A stretch of DNA of 64,000 nucleotides from the NCBI GenBank assembly GCA_973895155.1, contig OZ316891.1:22959884-23023883 (forward strand), given 5' to 3'. Of this stretch, positions 49,985 through 62,109 are shown piece after piece. Under the pieces are notes generated by a model. It saw only the letters and a list, made by a program, of their open reading frames with translations. It searched no databases and was not told where the DNA came from. The first letter of the stretch is position 1. Each line of letters opens with the position of its first letter. Origin of the DNA: Marsupella aquatica. Lineage: Eukaryota > Plantae > Marchantiophyta. The position numbers and the translations under genes are program-made.

Positions 49985-52900
49985 CCTGGACCTGAGGGAA
50001 GCTACGGATAAAGGGCTGATCAAGTTCATCGATGAAGTTGGTCAGAAAAAGATATCGTTTGCCGATACTGAAGAGCCGATTCCATTCAACTCCAACAAGG
50101 GAGGCATGAAGGCTTTGGCTGAGAAGGGAGCTGGGAAGCGAGTCAAAGAGGCGTCCTCTTCGCACCTGGAAGCGAATGTTTACAATGTGGAGTTGGATGG
50201 CCCCATGACAAAAACGAACAAGTTTTACAAGCGCTTGGCGGATCTGGTGCGAGAGAGATCCGGATGGAGTGACCCGGTGCTGATCAATGCAATAACGGTT
50301 GAGGTTGGGGCTAGTTGGGATGCCTCGGTCGAGTCAAAAAGGAAGAAAACCAACGAGGATGACACTCCGTCTCAATCAGGGGAACGAGAGAGGCGGGATA
50401 CTCGAGACAAGGGAAGAAGGGTTAGGTTCAAAGAAGAGGAAATGAGCGAGAAAGAGCCAGAGAAAGGGAAACCGATCAGGAAGGACCCGGGCTGGGTGCT
50501 TGGCAGGGATGTTGACCAGACCATGTACCTGGAGGTTGTAGCTGAGAAGTTTTGGAGCCAACAGGCTCAAGGGTTTACCAATGCCAAGTTCTTTGGGAGT
50601 ATGAGGCGGGAGATCCAAGAGGAAACGAATTTACAAAGAGGGCCCTCACACCTTGATGGGGGAGGCTGGCAAGATGGAAATTGGGAGTTTCTGAACTTAC
50701 ACTGCTGGGGTGTCCATGGGTTCAGGTAGTAAGCCTGCTGGCCCCAAAGAGTCAGACTTGGGGAAACCAAAGAGGGTCAAGTCCCTTGAAGAGGAGCTCA
50801 TGGACTTGGACGATGAGTTCTGCGATGCGGAAGAGGAGCTCATAGGAGATGGAAGCGAAGCTGAGTCTGTGGCAAACAGGGACCCGACTAAAGGGAAAGA
50901 GCAAGAAGGCATTACTGCGCAATCGAGGATTGTTCATGTCATGGGCTCAATGAAAGGAAATGGTTATGCTTACCAAGATGGATACTGGGCTCAAGCAAGT
51001 CCGGAGAGAGAGTGCCAGTTGGAAGGAATGGAAGGCAAGGTGCGGGCGCTCATTGATATTGGCTCGGAGATCAACTTGATGGATCCAAAGGTGTTTCAAA
51101 AGGGGAATTGGCCGGTGGATAATGAGTTGCTTTGGAGTGTGAACTCGGTGAGTTCAATGAAGGACTATCTTTGGGGCGGATGTCCGAATGTGATGGTGAA
51201 GTTTGGGAATGTCAAGCAGGCTTGTAACATTTTTATTCATGAGCACTTGTCGTTTCTGGTGATACTGGGCATGTCGTTCATCACTAAATGGAGGATGGAG
51301 ACGAAGGTTCTGGATGATACTACCTTCATGGTGAAGGTTTGGAGCAAAGATGGGAAAGAGGTGGTTCAATTTCCGGCTGTTCTACCTGGAAATGAGAGGA
51401 ACCAAAAGCAGCTACGAGATCCAACTGCGGCAGAAGTTGGCATTGCTATGGGGGAGAACCGAGATGCTGAGATGGTTCTAAGAGCAGAGTTCAAAGGGGA
51501 GCCAATTGAGGACCAAAAGATGGGGAGTCTAGTGTTCAAGGAAGAGTGTTACTCAGGAGAGCGACTGAACATTGGGAAGTATCCGAGTGACTTTGGGAAG
51601 CGGCTGAAATGGGATGGTGAAGAGTTCAAAGACATTCGAGTGAATTCTGATAAGTTCATTCTTGGAGATGGCTACCTTTGGCGGAAACCTAAAGGCCCCA
51701 TGCTAGTACCAATGAGAGTTGTCGATTCTAAGGATGAGCATAAGCGGATTTTGGAGAAAGTCTATGATGCTGAGGTTGAAGGTGGTTTGAAAGGAATAAG
51801 GGCAAAGGTCTGTGAGCGAATCTAAAAGGAGTATTGGTGGCCAGATTTGTATTGGGATGTTCAGGAGTATGTTGATAATCGAGGGATCCATCACAACTTG
51901 AAGAGGCAGATTCAAGAGCTTGATCGGATTGACTATCGAGTCAATGACATACGGGAAAGAGTGAAGGTTTGCAAGATGCGAACCAGAGATAAAATTCACT
52001 CAAGTTCCGACTTGAGTGAATTTGAAGACGAGGCATTGGTCCAGGCGCATCCATTGGACTTGAGTTTCAAAAGTGGTTTGACTGGTTCTGATTCGAATGA
52101 GTTGGACTTCAAGTTTCTGGAAAGTGGAGTGCCTAAGGCTGACTCTGAAGGCTTTGGGTTTGAGTTTCTTGAGGAAGTGATCCAGGCACATGGCTCAAGT
52201 TTGGACTCAGACTTAGGGGATATCTGATGGATTGGAGCAGACCGGAGGCCGCTCAGGTTTACTGGGGAGGATGTCATGCCAAAAGATTTTGGCTCAGGAA
52301 TGGCTTTTATAGGGGATGATGGGCGAGGCCTCCCGGTTGGGTTGCGTGCATGCTAACTCGGAGGGGCTGCTTGGTTGGATGGATTGAGGTTTGGTGATTG
52401 GGTGGCTTGTCGTCACCAGGTTTGGTGTTTGGGTGAGTCACCAGGCTTGGAGTTTGGATGAGGCTCGCTGATGGCAGCTGGCTCAGGCTGGATGGTTGGG
52501 TTTCCGATGCTACTTAAGACTTCGCTGAGCGGAACTCGACTATTGTGCGGCGGTTTTGGAGTTCAGGGCAAGTGTTGGATCCAGGTGTGGAGTTTTCGAT
52601 CTAGGCGGGAATTTCTCAAGTTTGGAGTCTCCTTGATCCAGGCGAGGATTTCTCGAGTTTGGAGCCTCGTTGGTCCAAGCCCGAGTTCTGTGTGAGCTGT
52701 TTTAGACTAGTGGAGTAGCTAGTCAAGTTTTGGTTTTGTGAGCTAAGGAGGATAGTTTTTCCGTTAGATTTTGAGTAGTTAGTCACTCGAGGAGTTCTAC
52801 TCGACAAGTTAGAGGTAGCGGCCTGCCGTAGGACCAACTACCAGACTCTTGCGGGCAAGCTTACTCAAGGGCACCTATTGTAACCTTTGTGAGAAAAGTA

Positions 52901-54606
52901 AAAAATATAAAGGAGTGAGAGTTTGCTCCAAAAAGTGCTTGTCGCCTGTCCCAATCGCAGCCAGAAACGCGCAGTTTTCCAGAGGAGCCCCTAACTTTAA
53001 GTCCTCGTGACAACGTGCTTGCCTTGCAAACCTCGTGCTTGCCATGCAAGCTCAATCCTAAACCTGAGCCCGGCTCACTCCAGATTGCGACGGCAGATTG
53101 GACTCGAACCAATCCCATACTTGCCTTGCAAACTCAATCCTGAACTCAACCTCCTTCACTGCACTTCATTCTTGGGGGCACGCACAGATCTCACACCTCT
53201 ATTTCAGAATGTCAAGTTACGCATGCACAGTTGACTCGACTTCAAAGCTAGTACCAGGCCAAATGGCAATCTACCCCAGACTATAATGAGGCCCAGGCTC
53301 ATGCTTGCCCTACAAGCTCAGCTCTGGCCATAAATCCCTTAGTGCTCTCTACCAGACAAAGGCCGGGACTCCCCATGGATCACGTAGCCTTGCCAGACTG
53401 AATTGTAAATGCTCCTCCTGCTGCCCCTCAATTAGTGTCTCAGCCTTCCTAATGTGCTCACCGCAAATTGAATTGAAATCCTCCCCACAGTTTACAATCA
53501 CCAACACTTCACCTATCACCAAGGCTCTATATCGGGGGAAAAGAACCCAGTTGTGTTGCCTACTAGAAAGAGCCACAATCTAGCTTGCAAACCTGGCCAA
53601 CTGTTGCTGTGAAGCGTGGCTGATTGCTCCCTGAGTAATAGCACAACCAAGCTCTCCCCAACACACAGCTTCCAAGCCCAGCCTTCCTTGCACAGAGCTC
53701 CTCCCTGCTGCTCAGTCTATGTGAGATCACACAACTGAAGTCCCCCCCCCCCTTTGCCTCTATCGGGGGCTGCTCTATATACTCTCATACTGAGCCCAAA
53801 TGGGTGGATACAACGTTGCTGGAGCCCCATCCCAGCCCTAACAGAGCCGCTACTATCTCTAACTACTGAACCCTAACTCGCAACTTTATTTCTATCTCGA
53901 ATTGGCTATGTACTTCGGATTTGGCCCTCCTCCATGGTTTTTGCGAGCTTGCGCCTCCTCTCTCAATTTCTCTATTCAACCATTTGCTGTGTGGATAGCA
54001 GCGTTGGAAGCGGCTTGAGCTCCTCTTTCCAACGAGGTCAATTATAGCCAATGTGGGCCAATACAAAGAAAATTATGCCCCCGCAACCGAGAGGGGGTAC
54101 TCATTGCTATGCTAACCCGAGTTACATAGCTAACCCAAGTTTGGCTAACCTAGCTATCCTATCTAACCCGAGTAGAGCTAACCCGTGGTCTCGGGTTAGG
54201 CCGCTACCTGCTATCTGCTAACCTAGGCTTAGCTGAGCCCAAACCCAAGCTTATCTATGCTAACCCGTGCCCAAGTTTAGGCTAACCCGAGTTCAGTTTA
54301 CCCGACAAATTTGAGAGTTTTCCTTTTTCTCTCTTGTACATAGCGAGGCACTATTTCTTCATGATAGGTATCAGTAGCGTAGCACGGAAGGGTTAACTTC
54401 TCCGGCGAGAAATATGCCGAAGCTTCCTCCCACGCGAGCTTGACAAGCCGTCTGTCCTGGCTGTCCCATTCCGTTGTAGCTGACTCGATAGTCCTGTCGG
54501 GAACTGCTACTAAGTTATACTTAAATTCAATCAAATAATGTATTGCGCCCAAAATAGACGTAAACAAGAAGGCATCTGTCGGGGAAGGTAGTCGACATGG
54601 ATCGAT

Positions 54607-55490
54607 GGATCTCGGAGAGGCCAGCCGAGATCACTCTTCTTGAGACGGATCTCGTAGAGGCCAGCCGAGATGACTATTCCTGAGACGGATCTCAGAGAGG
54701 CCAGCCAAGATTGACTATTCCTGAGACAGATCTTGGAGACGCCAGCCGAGATGACTCTTTGGTACATGGATCTCGGAGAGGCTAGCCGAGATGACTCTTC
54801 GGTACACGGATCTCGGAGAGGCCAGCCGAGATCACTCTTCCTGAGACGGATCTCGTAGAGGCCAGCCGAGATGACTATTCCTGAGACGGATCTCAGAGAG
54901 GCCAGCCGAGATTGACTATTCCTGAGACAGATCTTGGAGACGCCAGCCGAGATGACTCTTCGGTACACGGATCTCAGAGAGGCTAGCCGAGATGACTGTT
55001 CCTGAGACGGATCTCAAAGAGGCCAGCCAAGATTGACTCTTCCTAAGACGGATCTTGGAGAGGCCAGCCAAGATCACTCTTCCTGAGATGGATCTCGGAG
55101 AGGCCAGCCAAGATGACTATTCCCGAGACGGATCTCAGAGAGGCCAGCCGAGATGACTATTCCTGAGACGGATCTCAGAGAGGCCAGCCGAGATTGACTC
55201 TTCCTAAGACGGATCTTGGAGAGGCCAGCCGAGATCACTCTTCCTGAGATGGATCTCGGAGAGGCCAACCGAGATGACTATTCCGGAGACGGATCTCAGA
55301 GAGGCCAGCCGAGATTGACTCTTCCTACAACGGATCTTGGATAGGCCAGCCAAGATCACTCTTCCTGAGATGGATCTCGGAGAGGCCAGCCGAGATGACT
55401 ATTCCTGAGACGGATCTCAAAGAGGCCAGCCGAGATTAACTCTTCCTGAGACGGATCTTGGAGAGGCCAGCCGAGATCACTCTTCCTGAG
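54607..55490. repeat. Intronic tandem array, 22 x 40-41 bp, one dyad motif per unit
   Basis: Unit GGATCTCGGAGAGGCCAGCCGAGAT(C/G)ACTCTTCCTGAGAC, with a 121-bp trimer higher-order period in the distal part. Confidence 0.95.
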
Positions 55491-57377
55491 TTGCATGTAG
55501 AGGAATGAATCTTGGCAAGGTCCACCAACATGCATCTCAAGTTAGGACTTGCCCTCGCTTGTAGAGGAGGCCAGACACTATGAATGTCAGCGAGGTCAGC
55601 CGACATGCATACATATCGGCGATGCCGCTGACTTGTATCCCTCTATTGTCAACCATTGCGACGAGCAAGCAAATATGAAATGAACAACGTCAAACGCCAG
55701 AAAACTTACATGTCGTTGGGAGTACTACCGGCTTTTTCTTCTTGCGCTTTTCTGGATTGGCTTTTGAACAGACCACCTCTTCCTCCTCCGGGGAGATCAC
55801 TCCAACCAGTTGTGCCAGTTGGTCTTGCGCACAAGTTCCGAAGTGAGGATAGGATTCAGTCCCAAACACCATCCGCCCACAATTTTCACCCGCCTTGAAT
55901 ATTGCCCCAAACTGTGCGTTGAAAGTGAGGATAGTTGCCCTAGGGTGTGTTGTATATTCGATGATACATTGGAGCGTTGCTGGCGACAATGTGCCCGCAA
56001 AAGGATCGTTAACCTGATTCTTCTTGGATGTATAGTTCGTTAGCCCATTCCTACTCTTCATATCGAGCTCTGCACTAATTGGTGCCACAACGTCCTTTGG
56101 GCATATCTCCACAATAGATTGAAACCCCCACAGGTCTAGCTTGAGATATTCGCTCTGGATCGGCCAAACATATTCAGAGGTCAGACTTCCTCAGTTTAGG
56201 ATAGTAAGTCATTGGAATAAAAAATAAATGAAGAAGTAGGTAATTGATGGGACTTACTCGCTTCCCAGTCCTACCATCGTAGGTGGGTGTGTCGTTCCAG
56301 ATAAAGAAGCTTTCTTTCAACCCCCAGTTGGTATTCTCGTAAACTAATGCATCATAAATGCAAGTTGAGTGCCGAAGCGAACCACTGTGCATGATGGCAA
56401 ACAGTCCTTCGGAATCAAGGACATCTCGAGCAAACTCCTGAACCCGGTTCAAGTCGTCCTCCTGGAACAAATTCCACAACGGGGTGGACTTACCCTCGAC
56501 CATACGCGTGTCTGTTCCCATATGTATCAGAATTAAATCTGCACCAGTCTTCACTCGCTTCCCCCCTTTTCTCCAGGCATTTTGACGCAAACCTTCCCGC
56601 AATAGCTTTCTGCACCATGAGATCAATTTACTAACTACAGGGGGTTCGGTACCTTCTTTAGCCGCATCAAAAAAAGTTGTAAATAGATTTGGAGACCACC
56701 TAAAATACATATGTCTGCTCTGGGAAGACATGGTATTGGCATAAGGACGCCTTACTCCTTTCAGCTCTGTGTTATCCTCTTCTCCAAGGGCCTCTTCATC
56801 CTCCTCATTTTCCAATGTGGGGTCAGGTTGGATGGTTGTGGGCGGAACCTCTCCAGTGCCGGGCGGGGGAGGCGACTCAGTGGGGGAAGGAAGAGGAGGA
56901 AATTCCTTGTCACGTGCTTTGCTTGGGCTCCCTTTGGGAGCTCTGGGTCGCCTAGTTTGCTTTCTTTTTAAGGCCTTTTCCTTTTGCCATGACAGTAATG
57001 GTGGCCGGTAAGGCACAGGAGAGATATCAGACAAGCGCCCTTTGTCTCCGGATTGTCCTTTGTCCTCTTCCTCTCGCTCCTCTTCCTCTTGCTCACCCAC
57101 ATCATCCTCACCTTGCTGCTCGTCAGCCAATTCATCTTGTACTTCAGGAGCCTCATGCGGAGGCAAGTCAAATTCTTGCAGTGGAGCCTCGTCTGGACCC
57201 AACTCAACTATTGGTTGTTTATCCTTGTGCCCTGGACCCTGCGAAACCCCTGGACCGTCCTCAACTGCTGCCTTTGTAGCCGGCTCTACACCCTTGCTCT
57301 TGATAGAATCAGGTTCCGTTTGGATCTCTGCATGACCTGCATAGGATGCAAATTGATGAGCTTCATGATGGCAACTG

Positions 57378-57555
57378 CATCTCGGCGAGCCTCGCCAAGA
57401 TCGGGTTCATTATATGCAAGCAACTTATTACTCAACTAATACTTCATCTCGGCGAGCCTCGCCGACATCTGGACTGGACCAGACACTTAATCTCGGAGAG
57501 CCTCGCCGACATCTGGACTGGACCAGACACTTAATCTCGGCGAGGCTCGCCAACC
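57378..57555. repeat. Four dyad motifs and a ~44-bp duplication inside intron 57337-57613
   Basis: ATCTCGG-CGAGCCTCG-CC(G/A)A(G/C)AT repeated. Confidence 0.8.
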
Positions 57556-60500
57556 CAGCCAAGGTTTTTTCCAATGCAAGCCACCACCTGATTCGAAAGG
57601 AATTGAGTAATACCTGATGGGGTCTTTGTTGGAGTGCTTATAGAATCTGACTGACTGGCCTTGGCGGATTGTTCCTTGTCGACCTTCTTCTCGCCTCCTT
57701 CCTTTCAGGCCTTTTTCCCATTATAGGCTGGGTCCATTGGGATTATGGCCTCCAACGCTATTGCCTAGGGCATAGAGTCCGTCAATTGTCGCAGCTTGGA
57801 TATATCGTAGTAATTTGTAGGCTCCTGTTGGTCCTTCAGCTTCATTGCACACTCCTTCTCAGCGTCATCGATAAAAGTATTCCAGTCACGGTATTCCATA
57901 TACCATGCGCAGTTTTGACGTTCCCAATCGTAGACTACTCTGCCATTAGGAATTTGGCCATCACATGGATACATGCTAAGGCTCCCTTTCGGCTCCATCC
58001 AAGATGTGAGTGCCCATGGCAGCTCTTTCAATACGGATGCATTCATGTTCTCCTGATTGATTAGAAATCTTGTCACGCACCTCTTTGTTCGCTTTTTCCA
58101 CAATTCTTTTAACAAGACCGTGGCCTTTCCGTCAATCCAAATTTCCCCGCCTAGTTTCAGTGATTTCTCTTGCACATAAGCTCGATAAAGCCTTCTGTAT
58201 AGCTCTGCAAATTCCTCCTCTGTCCCAAAAACTCACGGTACATCTGTCTTTGGTAGGCCTTTGCAGCAAAATCGGTCAAAATCACACAACCAACGTGGTC
58301 AATGTAACACCACATTGACCAGACCGCTAACCAGGATCTAATTGCAGCATCACCATTGCTACGTGGATGGTGATACATACTCTTCTCCTCCTCCATTCCA
58401 AAATGAGCTTTCAATAGCTTTACTCTGCACTCTGCAGTTACCCAAGCCCCAGCAAACAAGCGGACCCTATCCAAGCCAACCTGTACATTCATCACACCCT
58501 GCTTGGCGTCCTTTGACAACTTGTGATACAGCTGCCGACATACCGGCATGAACTGGTCTCCATTGGCCGGATTCATGCAGGCCGCAAGCTTGGGGAACTT
58601 GTTGTCCCAGGCCTTGCATGCAACAATAATCATTGCCTCCGTCTCCTCCTCAGTTCTCTTCACACTCCACGGGTGCCCACGAGCTGCGTCTTGTGCCATC
58701 TCCTTGGAGATATTGATTCATCCCGCTTCAATGTTTGACCAAGACATGATGTACACAGCGGCTTCTTTTGTCATATTCTTCGAGTACCAAGTCTTCCCAT
58801 GTCCTCGATTTCGGGCCTTCATGAAAGCCTCCATTGTCTCCTTTGACATGAGCGAACTGTACTCCTCCAATGGAGTGTTCAATAGCTTTGCAACCCGATC
58901 AGCGTCATTAAACCAGGACGTCTTTACGACAGTCGCACTTATCCTAAAAATGACAAACAATACTCATAGCGGCAATTTCAGAGAGGCTCTCCAAGATGGC
59001 ACACAAGGTTTACACAAACGGGTAATCACATTTTGCAAAAAGACGCGAATGAGAGTACTTACGAGTTGAGAGCGTGCATTGCTTGCTCAACCTTCTTGAA
59101 TCTGTCCTTCCCAGCGTTCAAAAGAGAGAATCTGATGCACGGATGGTATTGCAATTGATCCGAATACTCAGAAGCAACTGCGGACCAGGCTGTGTATCTG
59201 TGGTTTCCATCAAAAACCCAAAACATTTTGTCCTTAAGGACTTTGAACTCCTCTGATGCATCGCACTCTTGCTCAAACTGTTCATTGAGCTGAGTCCATA
59301 GAGGGTCCCAAAATGGCTTGAAGTCTGTCACTGTCTGCGTTTCTCCAATTTCATTGAACTCAGTAATGTGGAACTCGCTGAGCTTCACAACATAGCCGCT
59401 CTCTTTGAATCCTTTTTTTAATTTTGCAACTGACTCATCCTGAAGATTCCTCACTGCCTTCATTGGCATGAGCCGGCACAAGGGGATCTGGGGCGGATCC
59501 TTACTAAAATTTGTCTCATACTTGGAGACAATAGACTCCCAGGCTCCCTTCTCAGCAATATCAGCCAATTCTACCGCTCCAATAGGCTCAAATGATATCT
59601 GCTTTGGCTCAAACTTCCTCCTAGAGTCAATTGACTCCATAAGTGGACCACCCTGTGAGCGCGTCAGTCAAGACGTGACTGGCTAAGGAGACTTGGATCG
59701 TGGTTTCTTACTCCGTTGAGAAGTTTGGTTGTCGGCAAGTCCAGCTCCAGTCGAGTCTTTCCTCTTCAGCATTTTGACCTTAGATTACATGAGAAATGAA
59801 AGAGTTATTACTCGGCAATAGCTCGACCTATAAACCTGACAAGATCTCAGCGAGCCTCGCCGAGGGAGCCAGTTTTCAAGGATATGCGGGGTCCAGCCTA
59901 TCACACATTTGATTCATCTACAAATGGATTTTACATATCAAGAAAAAGGGGGAGCCAAGAGAAAAACCTGAGAGAATCACCAACGTTCACGGCAAATCAC
60001 TGTCGCAAATGCTCACAAGAAAATGTTGCCTAAACGCTCACGGAGAAGCTACCACACGCTCACTGCCTCAAAACACCAACGCAATCCAGTAGACACGATA
60101 ACAGGGTTGCACAGGAGAGTTTACCGTGAGTGGGACGACTGAAGAAGAGCAGGAACAATGCAGATGTGAGCGCGGAGAAGTGAGAGATTGCACAAGACCA
60201 ATATGCAAAGATTGAGGAAGAGCGCGGATTAGAGCGCGAACGAGTAAGGGACGCAAAAGAGTGAGGCAGAGTGAGAAGGTCCCAGGATTAGTGATAAAGA
60301 CGAGCGCCAAACCTAAGGTGTCACACCGTGGAAGAGTGATGAGGAAGGAACGACATCCACTTCAAGGAATAACGTACCGCACGTACTGCACAACACTAAA
60401 GTACGCAATAGATACGGGAGATCCTAACTATATTTCGATACGTACATGTTAACGGCCCAAACAAGAAAGTACACAATGCTAACGCGAGTACTGACCACCA

Positions 60501-60790
60501 CTAGTACGAGAGAGTTTAGGGTACATTTAGGGTACAATTAGGGACTTTGGCCTACAACTCAAATGAGTCCAAATGTAGGAGACCCTTGCTGTCATTTCAT
60601 TCCGAGGCCTACTAAGACGTGTCAACATCTCAGTGCGTCAGCTCAAAGAGGAAATGGTTGCCCACATGCATTATCATTTGGGTGGCTTAACTAAAAGAGG
60701 AAATTGGGGTTAAGAGAAGGGGGAAGAGCACAAGTCAACAAGATCAAGGAGGGTTTGTTGGAGGAGACTTAATAAAGGCGGCCAATTATG

Positions 60791-60819
60791 TTTAGGGTTT
60801 AGGGGTTTAGGGTTTAGGG
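60791..60819 (+). repeat. Four TTTAGGG telomere-like (telo-box) units
   Basis: TTTAGGGTTTAGGGGTTTAGGGTTTAGGG. Confidence 0.8.
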
Positions 60820-60886
60820 TAAAATAGGCAAAGTAGAAAAAAGTCCAACACTCTAGTGAACTTCACGGTAGAAAAGTACGCTTCTT

Positions 60887-61905
60887 GGGTCAAAAAGGTC
60901 GCCAGCCTCTCGGAGACCCTCTCTGAGATGGAGTCGTGGGCCAGATGACACCACTTGTGGACCCTGTTAACAGTTTCAAAGGGTTAGCTACAACATACAC
61001 TGTGTCTCTTAGAGACCCTCTCCGAGATGAAATTAAGGGTATTCCGTTTCAAAGGAAGGACCCAAAATGGTTCTATCCAACATCCGATGTCAGAGACCCT
61101 CTCTGAGATGGAGTGGTGTGGCCCGAACGGCCAGACGACAAAAATTGTCAATCGTGTCTTGGGTGGAAAGGGAAGTGAGATTGCAACCCAATCGCTCGGA
61201 GACCCTCTCTGAGATGGAGCCGTGTGCCCCAAGTGGCCAGAGAGCAATTCTCCCAGATTGCATATTGGGTCAGAAAGGTCGCCAAATGAGACCCAGCCTC
61301 TCGGAGACCCTCTCTAAGATGGAGTCATGGGCGTACTTTGGCCAGATGACACCACTTGTGGACCCTGTTAACAGTTTCAAAGGGTTAGCTACAACATACA
61401 CTGTGTCTCTCAGAGACCCTCTCCGAGATGAAATTAAGGGTATTCCATTTCAAAGGGAGGACCCAAAATGGTTCTATCCAACATCCGATGTCAGAGACCC
61501 TCTCTGAGATGGAGTGGTGTGGCCCGAACGGCCAGACGACAAAAATTGTCAATCGCGTCTTGGGTGGAAAGGGAAGCAAGATTGCAACCCAATCGCTCGG
61601 AGACCCTCTCTGAGATGGAGCCGTGTGCCCCAAGTGGCCAAAGAGTAGTTCTCCCAGATCGCATATTGGGTCAGAAAGGTCACCAAATGAGACCCAGCCT
61701 CTTGGAGACCCTCTCTGAGATGGAGTCGTGGGCGTACTTTGGCCAGATGACACCACTTGTGGACCCTGTTAACAGTTTCAAAGGGTTAGCTACAACATAC
61801 ACTGTGTCTCTCAGAGACCCTCTCTGAGATGAAATTAAGGGTATTCCGTTTCAAATGAAGGACCCAAATTGGTTCTATCCCACATTCGATGTCAGACCCT
61901 CGCCA
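60887..61905. repeat. Tandem array, 401-bp unit x ~2.5, four dyad motifs per unit
   Basis: GCCAGATGACACCACTTG at 60940, 61341 and 61742. CTCGG-AGACCCTCT-CTGAGATG recurs within each unit. Confidence 0.92.
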
Positions 61906-62109
61906 AAATACAAGGATGAACCCAAAAGTGCATGCAAAAACTGACCGTACAGTACTTTTCAATGTTTTTACAATGTAATTTTGTATGGATCGCATGTCCG
62001 TACAAATCTACCATCTCAGAGAGGCTCGCCGAGTACAAATACTGTTGCCCAAATGACTCGAGTCCATCTCAGAGACCCCCACCGAGAATAATTTAGGGTG
62101 GAAACTAAA

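Larger units (their letters stand above)
46371..51900 (+). pseudogene. Family C gag-protease plus integrase zinc-finger remnant, split by solo LTR B
   Basis: FDGRNVTSYL, CMWCDSKEH..REC, ALIDIGSEINL..VILGMSF, then ILEKVYD..GG..G..ERI*KEYWWPDLYWDV. Confidence 0.8.
45489..53012 (+). mobile_element. Family C gypsy-type LTR retrotransposon, internally deleted (no RT, RNase H or integrase core)
   Basis: LTRs 45489-46330 and 52272-53012 (TGTCA...GACA). PBS TGGCGACCATACTAGGGA at 46332, PPT GGGGAGGA at 52264-52271, TSD ACGT. Confidence 0.9.
44829..54297 (-). mobile_element. Family B LTR in inverted orientation, split by element C (44829-45488 and 53013-54297), truncated
   Basis: Both pieces are reverse complements of contiguous parts of ~48050-49984. 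The strand is given relative to that copy. Confidence 0.85.
54298..59772 (-). pseudogene. Five-exon gene: ParB/Srx-like N-terminal domain, helical middle, acidic linker, degenerate beta-class N4/N6 DNA-methyltransferase fold
   Basis: Exons 59772-59063, 58943-57614, 57336-56258, 56154-55710 and 54575-54298 with GT-AG introns; frame checked for introns 1, 3 and 4. Motifs VRNL..ESVAKLKKGF..SGY, VFDGNHRYTAW, ADLILIHM..W..ARDVLDSEG..FFIWN and LQCIIEYTTHPRATILTFNAQFG..GRMVFGTE. Several TAG/TGA stops and one frameshift near 58170. Confidence 0.7.

Noticed and set aside
54531-55268. ORFs of 145 and 64 aa over the 40-bp array (likewise ORFs in 60984-61995)
   Set aside because: These are repeat translations with no coding signature.
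54607-55490. CRISPR array (palindromic ~40-bp periodicity)
   Set aside because: There are no unique spacers, since whole units repeat. No cas genes are present and the array lies in a spliceosomal intron.
55990-56012. NDPFAGT as the SAM-binding motif I of the methyltransferase
   Set aside because: It lies before the helix LQCIIEYTT. By position, motif I corresponds to TILTFNAQFG, so this is likely a lookalike. An alignment is needed to be certain.
60791-60819. Chromosome end or fusion site
   Set aside because: Only four units; better read as promoter-type telo-boxes.
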